NCBI RefSeq assembly: GCF_022045235.1
Contig: NW_027266265.1
Location: 25,544,001 to 25,608,000, forward strand
Length of the DNA: 64,000 nucleotides
Direction: 5' to 3'
Source of the DNA: Haliotis cracherodii
Lineage: Eukaryota
Shown: in pieces, positions 26,796-40,970 of the stretch
How the letters are laid out: each line of letters opens with the position of its first letter
Numbering within the stretch: position 1 is the first letter of the stretch
The notes under the pieces: model-generated
Seen by the model: the letters and a program-made list of their open reading frames with translations, nothing else
Told to the model about the DNA's origin: nothing
Database searches by the model: none
Made by a program: the position numbers and the translations under genes

Positions 26796-29700
26796 GTAAA
26801 GAATTCATGTAGCAGCACTGTTGCTGTTTAGTTATTGTCCTCTAGTTCTGTACAGATACATTTCTTGCTGTGGCATTTTCACAAACAATCAAACCTCTTT
26901 TCAATGTAGAACTACTTTTGAAAAAGAATGATATGGGGGGTGGGGAGAGAGATATTGTAATCATCCGTCTGTCTGCATTTTATGTAAATAATTAATAGGT
27001 ACTCTTTCAATGAAATTTTGCACACACAAAGACCAAGATCCACTTTGCACCAAGCTATCCTTACGCTACGACTATCCTCAGCTTTTGTTAAAGTATGAGA
27101 GTTATGATCGTCTTAGTGCTAAGACACAGGTTGTCAGTTGGTGCCTTTTGCTATTTCTTTTTTTTTTCATTTTCACAGCAACAAGTTTGACTTTGACTCT
27201 GTTCATAGTGTTGTGTTTGTCCAAACCATATCTCTAAAACTTTTTTTGTACTCTTTCATGAAACTTGGATACACAAAAGCCAGGATGTCAACTGGTGCCT
27301 TTTGCCATTACAGGCTTTTTAAAAGTTTTTTTTTTAATTTTCAACTATTCATCAGTGAAAGTAACCTAAGTAACAGAAGGGAAAATGTTAGGGTTTGAAC
27401 ATTTATATCTAATGTGAAACGTGAGCATCAGTAATTGTTGATATCTACAGTTGGTAATGCAGCTGATTACAGCATAAGCCATGTTCCAATTGTGTGACAT
27501 CAACTAAGTTATCTTTGCTGAAAAGGACATGTTGAAAGATGTGAATGAGAACAGTGTGCAGCTGTAGGATTTCTGCACAACAGCCTTAAGCTGTTAAACT
27601 GCATTGTACTTGCACTAGGATTTTTCTACCAGTGTTGGCCATTTCTGCCCAAATCATTTTATTTTTACCCTGACACGACCTCCCATGTGCAGTTAGCAGC
27701 AAAACATTTATTTGTTAGCTGTCCAGTCAGCTCGATGGAGCATAAATCTTGTCTTCTTGATACAAACAGTTCTCCTTCTCAGGAATGGCTATACATGCAG
27801 TCTGGCGCTTAGGTCCACATAACAAGAGCAGTTCCGCACTGTCGCTTGCAATCCTAAAATTGCTGCTGTTGTACAGAATGCTTATGTAAACATTTGCAGC
27901 AAATGACCTTGCCACTTGAAGCGGTCCTCGGCAGATGTTGTAACATCTCGGTTGGTCACACGACGTACCATGCTGCTTGTACAGATACTAGGCTCTAGAT
28001 CGTGATCTGGTTCCTATTCCACTTGTTCAGTGCCCTGACTGCAGCTAGCTTTGATTCTCCTGTGTCCAGTTATGATGATTCCCGTGTATCATTTTTGTAC
28101 CAAAAAAATCATATTCATGCTTCACATTTTATTTATGTGTCTTAGGTGATATTGATATAAATAATAAAGCTATGTGTTTCATAGTTCTTTTATTGGAATA
28201 TAATACATTATTGATTACCCAAGAAATGAAAATGTCAGTTGTAAGTCTCTATAAATTTTTTTTTTAAATTCTTCTCTTTCCTTCCTTTAACTGATCTGCT
28301 GATGCTTTCATTGAAAACGGCGATTTTTATATTGATTACTTAAGCATTAAGAATTGTCATTGTATCCATTGTGCATAGCATGATACCTTTAAGTGCAAGT
28401 ATAGTGAAAAGATTGATTATGATTTTGTTGCGAATATCAATTTTTCTAGATCCTAGGTCAATTTTCAAGAAATAGAAAAAGTGATAATATTCTTACCAGT
28501 AAAAAGTATTGAAATGTCCTTGTAAATGTGCTGAAATCACATGCTTCGTAATCAGCTACAATTACAAACCTATCTTAAGAGGTGGCCTAAAGGTAGCGGT
28601 GCAGCGGTGCATAACAAACGTTTTAATTGGCTGATATTTAAACTTGGTTGTAGCATCTATCTACCATATAATCTATCTCGTATACTCAGCAGCTGTATGG
28701 ATATGCCAGATAGCGTCATCCACAACTCAAAACATCCGCCAAGAGCTGTGTGGCTGTTTTTGTTAATCCTATTGAATAACAACATTGCATACATCGTTGA
28801 GTGTGTGAGACTACTTTGATCTTGACATTATGAACATTTAAAGTAAAATAACTAACTTTTTATGACACAGGTCCTGTTTGGATAGCATAAACCATCTTCA
28901 GCCCTCAGTCCTATGCCACACAATGAATTTCTGTCAGGGTTATTCCCCAACGTAGACATCAGAAGGCATCATATTATAAAAATGAGCATATAGAAAAGCC
29001 CTATAATGTGAATAAAAAATCTGAGGATCGGTGGATCATGATTTTTTTACTCTTCGATACAAGTATGAATGACAGTCGCACACTAAGTCAAAAATATCGA
29101 TTCTGACCTTAAATGTTTGCTTTAAAACTGTTCCACTAAACACAAATCAGTAATGCAAGTTATAATGAAAACATAAATATTTTCATTTGTTGTGCCTTGC
29201 TTGACACTGCCAAACGAAATCGTCAGTGTGTCAGGAATTTGGCCATCCTGTCTATGAAATAGATGGCTTACGCACCACAGATAACAGCACATGCAAGTAT
29301 CGTGATATATATCGGATCGTGAGTAAGGTATCGTGATACATATCGGATCTCACAGTTTGTCTATCGTCCTAGCCCTAATCTTTTTCTGATGACTGGTTAA
29401 ATAGTGAGGGAATATCCTGTAAAGACTTCCTTCTGCTACACAGGTTTTAAGTTTTAACAAAGACCATGTGTCTCTATGTGTTTATTTTCCTCTTCTCCCA
29501 CTTCTAGGATGGTTTTCAGTAACTTCTCCTTTTGAACATCTCTTAATTAATTTACAAACAGTAAACCTGTTTATCCCAGTAATTGTACCAATTTCACAAC
29601 ACTTTTGCCTTCAGATTTCAAATTCTGGTAAGGAGTCAGATCTTTGCCTCTTGCTCCCATATCAATGAAGCAGACGTCATTACTAGTAAATGAGAGTTAT

Positions 29701-31583
29701 TTCCCCTGTGCTGACAAAATTCAAGCTCCACACAGCGATATCCCATTCGCGGAGCTCTCTATACTATCGCTGCCAGCAGTCATAGCTCCTCACTGTGACA
29801 ATTGGCTACAACCAACCATGCTAGGAGTTGAAACTCGCAGCCGACTTGCCATTAAGTTTACAAACATGTGATGGCTTACCTTTGCTAAATTACTTTGTCA
29901 GTTTGAATTTCTGTTTCTTTACAACTATCATGTAATTGGTATAGTAAGAATGTAAAGGAGAAGTCGGTCAATGTTCCGTTAGTCTGCAATCTAGAACCAA
30001 TCTGATCAAATAAACAAAAAGCTAAATTCATCTGAGAAATATGGTCAGTCGTAAACCATTTCAAAATTCACCATGATGGCATTCCCAAAGACATAAAACA
30101 AAAGTATTAACGTTACTACACATGGGGTTGAGCGCAGATTTCAACATTCCTTTAGTGGCCCCGCCCACACTGGTGGCAGCGATGTTGCTGAGAGTGTAAC
30201 AAAGGTGTCATGCGCTGGGATTTTGCACCCCCTAAAAGTTTATCCAACCATATTGCTTCTAGGACCAACTATATGCAGTCAGATGTCATGTAATATACCA
30301 CAGCTTAAATATGCTGGCCATTTTGTGAACTTTAATGTGGCACATGAGTGTACCAGTGTTCCTGGTTTGAGCAAAGTAGTAAACATCTCTGACCCGAGTC
30401 GCTATGGACATTGTCCTCCCACATCAAACTTGCATGGTGTTAAATGACAAATATTGTTTGAAGCAGGATTGAACCCAAATCTCTCACAACTTCTAACGTT
30501 ATGTGAAAGGGTTTATGTTTAAAGCTCAAGTACAAATGAAATCAACTTACCATCCTTACCAATCCGAATTGCAATGCTCCACTGCTCGGTGAAGAATTGT
30601 CCCCCTTTGTTTATTACCTCCCCTTATTCATCAAGATGGCTGCCAGTAATTCTCAACATAGATTCACACAGCCTCCAAATGTAAATGCAGTCGATGACCC
30701 GGGTGAAAGGCTTGAGTCAGTATAGTTAAATTTATCAGTGGGGCGAGTAATAAGTTACTGATTCCTTTCTAAGGACAATTAGTTGTAGTCAATGTTCACA
30801 TATCTGGTACATATCTAGAAAGTTTCAGGACATGCAGTACTTCAACCTGTTTCTCATGCAGTGTTTTGATTTATGCATAAAATACCACAATTTGCATTTA
30901 TTTTCATCTTTCAAAAAAGGCACATGCTAAAATCTGATATAAGAAAGCAATTTACCAAGTTTTATGTATCATATCACTATATGACTTGTTCTATATTAAT
31001 CACCCATTTCAAACATTTTGACCAAATGTGTTTTATCAACACATGGGTGATCATAGCAATCAGAGTTGAAATCAGATTTGAAATGTCCCTTAGCAAGAGA
31101 GATAAAGTAAAAATGTAAGGACTAATTTCACTTTGCTAGTGACTGAAATTGTCCAGCAAGTGTAATGACTTTCATGATTACCATAATAATAACAAACGAT
31201 TTGATGAAGATAGATTTCATCCAAATTTGTTTTTTGAAAAACGACTTTGACTTGAAACTGAACATGTTTGATTTATGTATGTCCCTTCACAAAATAAATT
31301 AAAGTCTTTAAATGTTGGGGATTTCCCTTTATTTGTGATAGTGAGTAAAACTGTTACCAGTATCGGGACATTCAGGAAAAGGCTGTAGTTATCAAAACAT
31401 TTAGACCAGGATACTTACAATAGTATGCATGTTCCTACTTTGTCATCAGTGCCTGTGACAGAAGACACTGCATTTTACTCTGTTACAGTTTTTTTCCGCT
31501 GCTCTGCACACTATTTCTAGTTGAAGTGCAGTTTTGATGCTTCTATACAGCATGTATTTTAAGAAGTTGTGTTTTGTTTACAG

Positions 31584-31776
31584 TGCATATGAGGTAAGGA
31601 AGAGAATACGCGAAGAAAGAAAGAAGCATACTCAAGAAAAGATCAAGGATATGAAAGAACGACAGAAAAATAGTGAAGCTTGGAAGAAACGCAAGAGCTA
31701 CCTACAGCCAATATGTTTAGGTCTGGGCTTGCTGCTAGGGAGCTACCTACTTTACAAGTATTACTGGAGATACTAA
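31584..31776 (+). CDS. PTPN2: PTPN1/2-like terminal exon (basic coiled region and tail anchor)
   Basis: tttacAG; encodes AYEVRKRIREERKKHTQEKIKDMKERQ...KKRK...QPICLGLGLLLGSYLLYKYYWRY*, closely resembling the TC-PTP (TC48) C-terminus. Confidence 0.92.
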
Positions 31777-34413
31777 TGAGTTGAGAACTCTCACAGCTCA
31801 CAACTAGGATGCCTGCCGTACATAACATGGTCTGTGGGAGAGACTTGTGAAGCAATTGAGAGAGAGCAACTGCTCGGTAGTGTAAACTGAACACAACACA
31901 GAAATCAGCTCACCTGTCAAACAGCTGGCATGTCACAGAATAAAGCTATTACAACCAACCCCAATCCCCAATAGCTTCAATCCCATTTGTGGTTAAGCAG
32001 GCCAGCTGGATTGTGATGCTGTACCATCTATAGGGGAATTTGGGCACCTTGATGACCATGAGTCAGTTTCTGCCAAGCCTTGGTCAGCATGGACTCTACT
32101 CCTCATATCTCATAATATTGTCATTTAAAGGCAGCTGATTGTACATTTACGGTACTAAGTGTAAACTATATCCAATTTACTCTGTTACTGTAGATACACG
32201 ATGAAACAATATTCTTAGATGTTCACAGTTTGCAGAGTATATAACAAGCTTTCCTTTGCCATAATTACTCATTATGTTGACACTAGTCAAAGGAGAAGAA
32301 TAACAACTTATTTATGAAAATAACACCACTACAGATGTAAGGTAGAACATTTTGTAGACTATTAGCCACAGTACTGGTAAATAAAACACTTGCCACATTC
32401 CTTCTGTTCCCATGCCTACTCCACATACTCTTCAACACTCCAGGTAGGGATTGTTGTGGCTGGAAAAGAGGCATGTTCAACACGTCCAAAACATAACTCA
32501 TGTATTCATTCAGTATAATTGTGGTAATTCGACCATAACAAGAACCTCATTAAGTATCCTGAAGAGCACTTGTGTTCTGACTATTTGTAACTGTTTGGTT
32601 ATAATAGTTAAACAGTTCGATTATCGAAGGTTCTGTTACTTTTCTGTGATTCAGTGGAGAATATTGCTTAGTGTAAAGCTTTGATGTTAGGAGTTATCTG
32701 ACACTTAGTGATAAGTGATGACAGGTGAATTGAAGTATTAGAGACACTTGTCATTATAAAATAAGTAACTTCTCTATCTGCTTCCTATGTACATACCAAC
32801 AATTGTAAATAAGTGCAGATTCCATGCATCAACAAACAAACTCTGTATGTTACTGTTTGCATTTGGGAGAATGGACACTGTTCTTTGTTATGAATTATAT
32901 ATTTTATAATGTTGATATCAAGCTGTGCTTGAATGTGATTGGATTGCATTTACATAGCTCAATGCCTTATGTTCAGGGCAGTTTGTTTGAGCTTTATGTT
33001 CAGTTGGCCTTCTTATTGTCTTAGCAACAGTTTACAGTGATCCACGACAAATTGAGAATTATAGAATGTGTTGTATTCTGTTACAGTTCTTCTCCACAAT
33101 GTTATCTCTCCTTGCATCATTGCATGTCATATGCAATTTCCTAACAGTCACTGTGATTTCAGATCCAGGCTGGACATAGCTGAAAATACATAAATGACCA
33201 GAAAGAGAACTTTCCCAAAAATATGTTTGTGCTGAGATTGTCTCTGATCATGTTAATTGGCAGTAAATGCTAACAGCTTTCTTATTTCTATAGACACTAT
33301 ATACCATCACATTGAACCAGTGTCTTCCAGTATGGAAGGTTGCCCAGTTTATGGAAAATGAATATGTGTGACTTTTGTTATTTACAGAATGTACATTATG
33401 TTTAAAGCTGAATTATCTTGTTCATTCAGAACGTGCCAGAAGGTTTAGATAGAATTATTTAGACACTCTAAGACACATCTAACAAATTTGTCATTATGCT
33501 CATGATTTACAAAGCTGGGTGGTGAAATGGTTTTGGATTTCAAGTATAGTTGTAGCCCACCAATGAACACACCACTCATAGCATAAGCAGTCCTTGAAGT
33601 GATCTCATTTCAATCAAGGTTTCTTAGACAATTACTGGCTGATTGGAAAGCTGGATTTTGTAACGAATAGTGATATACAGTTTGTCAATCCAGTTTATTT
33701 ATTTTGTGTCTAGAATAAAAGTTGCAAGCTTTTTTATTTGAAAAACCTGATAACAGTAGACTGTAGAATATCAATATTTTGAAAACATATGACTGATATC
33801 TTCCAACTTTGTTGTTGATTCAGTCTTGACATTTTTGCTCAGTAGCACATGTTGATCAATGCAGTTGAGATTGGTGATTGATGTACAGTCACAATTAATG
33901 ATGCATGTGGTGCATATCTAATGTGTTTGTCATATCTTAAATGCATATCCGTGAATGGTGTGAGTTGTTATGTTATGGTAGTGCCAAATAGGTAGCTTTT
34001 TATTGGACGTCTGTCATCCACAAATATTTTGCAACCACTTTGTTTCCTGATAATAATTTGTATGACTTGGCATGTTTGATACTGCAGATAAGGCATAGCT
34101 TGATTTTCCTAGGTGTATGCTGTTGTAGACATTATTATACTGTGCATGGGATTTTGCAGATTAGATACTGCACATTTGAGAGGGGATGGATGATGAAGAG
34201 TCAGCTGGGGTAGAAAATGTCCAGGCTGAGTGCTTCAACAAACTTCAGCATTTCTTCCCCCGTGACTGACAAGTGTTTGGATAATTCAGGTTATGTTTGT
34301 GGCTTGTTATCTGTATGCAGTGAACTTTTACATTTTCAACATCTCCTCTGAAACTCAAAGGCCTAAGAAGATAAAACTTGGCAAGAATGTAAACATTGCC
34401 TACACAGTAGCCT

Positions 34414-34741
34414 TTATTGTCCCCCGCCGCGCGAAAGCGCGAAGCGGGGGATATAGTATTCACGACCGTCCGTACGTCCCACCTGTTTGTTGCCGCGATA
34501 TCTCAAGAACTAAACACTGGATTGTCTTCATATTTGGAACTATGGTGTAAATACAGACTCCGCAGACACCAGTCGGTTTTGGTGACCTTGACCTTATTTT
34601 CAAGGTCACAGCAGGCAAATCTGCTATTGGAGTTGGAAAACGGTGTTGCCGCGATATCTCAAGAACTAATCGCTGGATTGTCTTCATATTTGGTACTATG
34701 GTGTATATACAGGCGGGGGACATTTGTGACAAATACTTGTT
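34414..34741 (+). mobile_element. Helentron/DINE-1-like element of a second family
   Basis: Subterminal inverted repeat TGTCCCCCGCC/GGCGGGGGACA, 5' hairpin, CCGT tract, ~1.5 internal units (TGTTGCCGCGATATCTCAAGAACTAA twice), ends CTTGTT. Confidence 0.8.
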
Positions 34742-37686
34742 AAAAACTCATTAACAGCAATTACCCATTATTTTTCAAACTATATAGAAATTTGGTATAT
34801 ATGTTGTTGGAAATGGGGCCTAACATGTCATTTCAACTTTCCACATTTACAATGTTATAGTCTGTGTCACGATAGTGAAATCATGCATATCATTTCATGA
34901 ATTGAAGTAGGTGCAAACTTGGAAAAGCACATCTTAGATCCATACACACGCTAGCCTGCCTCCAAATTTCTTCTGATTATTTGTATATGGTGGAGAGAAA
35001 TTGCAAAAACTAGGTTTCACATATGGTTTTCATGGAAACAGAAGATGACTTGAAACAGAATTGGTTCGTGCAACATTATTAGTAAAGGTTCTCGGTAAGA
35101 CACTCCAGCAAGTACTACACCCGGCACTTTGTGGTAAAGAAGAAATTAGTGAAACAAGTTGAAGTAGGTGAAAGCTGTGCACATGCCACAGAATGATAAG
35201 TGAATGATAACTGCTATCAGAAGAATAAGGTTGTTCAAGGAATCATGATTGTCACTCAACATCGGTGCTGAATACAATGTAGCAAAAATATGTTGTTTTC
35301 ACCTAAGACATTGCATCATCTATGTTTAGTTACTATTGATCTTTTGTCACATAAAAATATTGAAGCATCCTGCAATTATTTCTTTGTCTGTCAGGTGAGC
35401 TACAGAGCCTTGTTGATTTATAGTTTTTCAAGTGCCATTTGATATGACCTGTAGTAGCAAGCAAATCAAAATTGAATTTAATTACTAGTATCTTGGAAGA
35501 CATGTAAAATAAAAGTGCATGTGTGTTCTCCGTACATGTTTCCCAGTGTGAAATAGTGAGAGGTGTGCAGCAGTCACAGTCAGTCCGCAGCACTGTGTGT
35601 TGCCTCCTCTTACGCTTTCGAGATGAGGCTTGGCAAGTGATGTAACGAAGGGTATAATGCAAGTTTGGCAAGTGGGAAACGTGATATTTTAAGGATTTTG
35701 TTAGTGAAGTGTATTAATATGTATAGGTCCCTCAGAATAACATTGATCATTTAATTGTGAAACTTAAGCAGTGAGAAATGGGACACATTGTCGTGACATG
35801 AGGATAGATTATTGGCAGTAGGAAAGGAAATGGTACATTCAATAAATCTTTATCAGCAACTCTTAAAATATTATGTACGGCCAAATGTAGAGAGAATAGA
35901 TGACTTAATCATTCATGGCAAGAATAATGCTGATAGCTAACGACCAGTCCAAATGTGAACAAAAACTCTCCATCGCTACATTTTATTGTTTGATGGGCAT
36001 TTCTTGGAAGTTGACAGATGATGAAGTAGACACAATTCATGGACAATTTTTAATATATATTAAGGCAGTTGATATCCATAACTTGTGTCCACTTTAGCAA
36101 TATTTTAGCTTTGATGTTGCTGAAACTGACAGAATAGGCTATATGATATTGCAGTGAACTGCAAAAAGTCTTTTTAAATGATTTAGGGTATAATTCTTGT
36201 AACTAATTGCAAATATGTCAAAATGGTATTGAAAGTTGTCACTGACATGAGTGAAATGTATGGTTGCATGTGTTAGCATATTTGTGCCTGATCAGCCCTG
36301 GACTGTACTTAGTTCAAGAGTCTACTATTTGATGATGGGGTTTTGTAATGTCAAATATTGATGTTCAAAACAATACAGTGACTCAAGACATCTTTTAATA
36401 AGGGGTATACGTATCATGTCAAATATCTCAACACATGCTGTTGGCAATTTATCATCTAAATTCCTGCAGTCTGCATAGTATAACACTAACATGATATGAA
36501 ACTTAGGGGATTATTCGGCCATCCTTTTGTATTGTGGGTAGTTCTAGGTGTATACTGTAGGCATTGGAAAAACAGGAATGGGATGGATGTAATTTTAAGT
36601 TGTACAACAGAACAAATATGAAAATTGTCAGTTCTGTTTTAGGATGGCATTAGATTTTAGATTTTAGCAATGGCTGTTTTATTGTGTTCTGAATGGAATT
36701 CACACAGCTGTGGGTGGAAAGGAATTAAAAAAGTATGTATTTCATGGCAGGATGTGATTCCATATTGTCCATACTGTGTATATTTGCTTGACCTCGTTGA
36801 CCATTATGGTGCATGTGTTTCTCAAACTCCACATTGTTGATTCCATCTTTTTCTATGTAGACTGTTGTATGAATTTATTACATCCTCATAATAATTGTGA
36901 CACAGTAGCAAATAAGGGTTATATGACAATACATAATATTATACCCTGACCTTAAACCCATCTGCACACGCTTGTAGAAGGTTATGTATGCAACTGCCTG
37001 ACTGCCTGGTTGCCCGCCCGCCTGCCTGCCACCCATCATGAGTGATATATATGTAGTGTTCGCACACTCCACAGTTTACACCAGCCTCACATACATCACA
37101 ATAGATATACTGAATCATTTTCCAGACATCAGTAAAGTATTCTTCTTTTAGGGAGTAAGGGGGAAATTGTCTGAAAATTCTGTATTAAATTTAAACATGT
37201 AATGTTACATGTCACTTGTATTTCTTCCATTGATGGGGCTGAGATACTTCACTTGACAGCTATGCAATGATAATGTAGCAATTTTCCAGATGTCTTAAAG
37301 GGGTAGAGGTTGAAAGTGATAATGCAAAAAGGATAAATTCCAGAATGATCTGGAATAGTAGAATAGCTTTTTGCATGATTTCAGTAGAATATTTCGAATT
37401 TTGGATCATCCTGAGGTTTGACTTTTATTATTGATATGATGAACACAATGATATTAAAGTTTTGACCTTGTACCCACCCATCCTCTCTCTCACCATTGCA
37501 GTATTGATTAAGCCTACAGCCGTTTCTTGTTAGCTCACACAATTAAACATGAGGTATATATATATATATATATATTTTTGTATATGTTTGTTATGCTGGC
37601 CATCAGAGATCTATACTGGTGAACAGAATACCTGTACAAAGACAGCACTGTTCAGTGTCAGGTGTTGCTGCAGTCAGTGTTGAATG

Positions 37687-37692
37687 AATAAA
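37687..37692 (+). promoter_or_regulatory. Candidate distal poly(A) signal of the PTP gene
   Basis: AATAAA followed by a GT/T-rich tract; other AATAAA sites occur earlier (e.g. ~33714), so usage is unknown. Confidence 0.3.
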
Positions 37693-38689
37693 CAGGAAAA
37701 GTGCATCTCCCATCTGGGCTGTCTGTTTTATTTCATGTTTATTGAGTTGAGTAAGTACTTTCACTTAGATAGACAGTCTCATAAACCACTGTGCATAATG
37801 CATACTTTCCATAAGTCTGAAAGTAAACATTACACGCTGTCTTGGCAGTGTTGAGAAATCATGTCATAGGCCAAGCTAGTGATTAGCTTGTGAAACCTAA
37901 GATTGACGAAAAGCTACCGCTCCCTCCGCTAACTTGGCGTACATGCAGCATGCATAATATTCCCATACGGGATGGACCAATTTTAAATGAATAGTTTTAT
38001 GCACTTGCCAGATTCCCAAACAACCATGCTGTCCCATAAACTAGGCTTATGGATTTGGATGTTGGAGCCTACGTTAATTGGTTCATAGCGGGTGTACGCT
38101 GTGTCTTGTACCAATGGAGGATTTTTATGAGGGAGTACCTCCAGAGGCTCCTATCCGCATCTGTTGGTCGTATGCATGGTTTGTTTGATCGCATCGTACG
38201 GAAACAAGAGGAGTTGCATTCTAGTGGCTATAGAAAGGGTTTTGTCACCTTTACTACCACACATGGATGCAAAGCTTTTGCGCTATCTTGATGCTAAAGA
38301 CCAGGAAGACCCCATAGACTCGACTTCTCAAGTCCCATTCAGGTGGAAGATTGGAGTTCCATAACCATCAGATCCCTTCCAGAGTTTGTAACCAAGAACC
38401 AATCCACCACCCTGGAAAGATTGGGACACACGATTTTAGGTTTTTAACAGTCCCTTAAACTGGTTGATATCTTTGGCACTTTTAATGTTGACCGGAATGT
38501 TGTTCCAAAGCATTGGACTGGTGTAGCAGAATACCTGTACAAATCAATCCCCTTGAAGTTCACTCGAGAGTGATTTGAGCCTAGGCTGAGATCCCTCTTG
38601 AGTGTTTTGAGCCAAGGCTCAGGTCACTAACTCCTGCTAGGCCCAAAGCACTCACTCCAGGCTCAGATCACTCCCTATTGGGCTCAAAT

Positions 38690-39222
38690 CCCCACATTTT
38701 TACAGTATTTTTGTTCAAATCAGTCCCCTACATTTTGACAGTGTTCTAATTCAAGTCAATCCCCCCACATTTGTACTGTATTTTAATTCAAATCAATCTC
38801 CTACATTTTTACAGTGTTCTTGTTAAAATCAATCTCCTACATTTTTACAGTGTTCTAGTTCAAATCATTCCCCCACATTTTAACATGTTCTAGTTCAAAT
38901 CATTCCCCCACATTTTAACAGTGTTCTAGTTCGAATCAGTCATCCACATTTTTACAGTTTTCTAGTTCAAATCAATCCAATACATTTTCTACAGTGTTCT
39001 TGTTGAAATCAATCCCCTACATTTTTACAGTGTTCTTGTTAAAATCAATCCGCTACATTTTTACAGTGTTCTTGTTAAAATCAATCCCCTACATTTTTAC
39101 AGTGTTCTTGTTAAAATCAATCCCCTACATTTTTACAGTGTTCTAGTTCAAATCATTCCCCCACATTTTAACAGTGTTCTAGTTCAAATCAATCCCCCAC
39201 ATTTTTACAGTGTTTTTGTTAA
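38690..39222. repeat. 36-bp minisatellite, ~15 copies
   Basis: Unit TTTACAGTGTTCTTGTTAAAATCAATCCCCTACATT. Confidence 0.95.
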
Positions 39223-39954
39223 GTTTTATCGTACAGTTCTGAAGCTTTCAGATGTTCATGTGACCTTTTTCTTACCTGAAAAGGTAGTAGGTGATTGTCG
39301 ACATAAGTTATTACTTGCAGACAGTCTGGAGTTATGCATGAAATTATCCTTTGAATTAACATTGTGACATCAATCGCTTGTTTTTTTCTGAAAAGGTTTT
39401 TAATTTTACCCTACAATGTGTCCGATCTCTCAAATACATGTAGTTAGCTTAAAAGTCACTTTGGTTCCACTGCAGTCTTTTCTAGCCACAATAATCACAT
39501 CAGGTTTACTTCAAACTTGGACGCATGAAAAGAATAAGATACATCTATACACTTGTGCATACCCAATTCAAATAGTACATATAAGTTATATTTCTCCTGG
39601 AACCTCTTTTCGAGAATATATTATTTGATTTGGATTTCATAATACAAGAGCAGACAGGATATAATAATTAATAATTATAATAATTAAACACTTTATGTTC
39701 TTCACAAAAGGTATGCGCACAAACTATATTTGTAGTCAAATAAAGAAGACCTTCAACACCTTATGTCGCATATTGTTTTGAAATGTCCAGCATGTTACAA
39801 AAGAAATCTCGACAGTTGGTGCTACATTGGCAAAACTGTCCGATCATATTATGTGATAGTCCACGACTTGGCATACTGTAATCTAACACAATAAGTCCTT
39901 TGCCCTTCGATGTCCACCCACTTCACCTAAATTTTACCCATTAGAGAGGCACAA

Positions 39955-40110
39955 TTTGCTGTGATATACTGGGTTTATCAAGTTAGGTGATGAAGGTTTG
40001 CTGTGATATACTGGGTTTATCAAGTTAGGTGATGAAGGTTTGCTGTGATATACTGGGTTTATCAAGTTAGGTGATGAAGGTTTGCTGTGATATACTGGGT
40101 TTATCAAGTT
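39955..40110. repeat. 42-bp minisatellite, ~3.7 copies
   Basis: Unit TTTGCTGTGATATACTGGGTTTATCAAGTTAGGTGATGAAGG. Confidence 0.97.
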
Positions 40111-40967
40111 ATCCCTACTGCCAGTGTATAGGGCATGTCTTTCAATGTAACCCCGATCCCTACTGCCAGTGTATAGGACATGCCTCTCACTGTAACCCCG
40201 ATCCCTACTGCCAGTGTATAGGACATGCCTCTCTCTGTAACCCCGATCCCTACTGCCAGTGTATAGGACATGTCTCTCACTGTAACACCGATCCCTACTG
40301 CCAGTGTATAGGACATGCCTCTCACTGTAAACCCGATCCCTACTCCCAGTGTATAGGACATGCCTCTCACTGTAACCCCGATCCCCATTGCCAGTGTATA
40401 GGGTATGTCCCTCACTGTAACCCCGATCCCTACTCCCAGTGTATATGACATGTCCCTCACTGTAACCCCGATCCCTACTACAAGTGTACAAGGCATGCCT
40501 CTCACTGTAACACCGATCCCTACAGCCAGTGTACAGGGCATTTCTTTCAATGTAACACCGATCCCTACTGCCAGTGTATAGGGCATGTCTCTCTCTGTAA
40601 CACCGATCCCTACTGCCAGTGTATAGGGCATGTCTCTCACTGTAACCCCGATTCCTACTACCAGTGTACGGGGCATGTCCCTCACTGTAACCCCTATCCC
40701 TAGTGTCAGTGTATAGGGCATGTCTCTCAGTGTAACCCGCATCCATACTGCCAGTGTATAGGGCATGTCTCTCAGTGTAACTCCGATCCCTACTACCAGT
40801 GTACAGGGCATGTCCCTAGCTGTAACCCCGATCCCTACTACCAGTATACAGGCCATGTTTTTCAATGTAACCCCGTTCCCCTCTGCCAGTGTACAGGGCA
40901 TGTCCCCCTATGTAACCCCGATCCCCACCGCCAGTGTACAGGGCATGCCTCTCACTCTAACACCGAT
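40111..40967. repeat. 45-bp minisatellite, ~19 copies
   Basis: Unit ATCCCTACTGCCAGTGTATAGGACATGCCTCTCACTGTAACCCCG. Confidence 0.97.
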
Positions 40968-40970
40968 CTT

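Noticed and set aside
28595-29378. Complete hAT MITE
   Set aside because: A plausible right end (TATCGTCCTAGCCCTA with ATCG repeats) exists, but no matching left TIR or TSD was found.
29615-29693. Alternative anchor-less last exon of the PTP (FQILVRSQ...TSK*)
   Set aside because: A good acceptor and a compatible phase, but no homology or other support.
39934-40901. Repeat ORFs in the 42/45-bp arrays, including a Cys/His-rich PYCQCIGHASHCNPD frame
   Set aside because: Several frames are open at once, the Cys frame has stops (~40446, ~40701), and there is no gene context.
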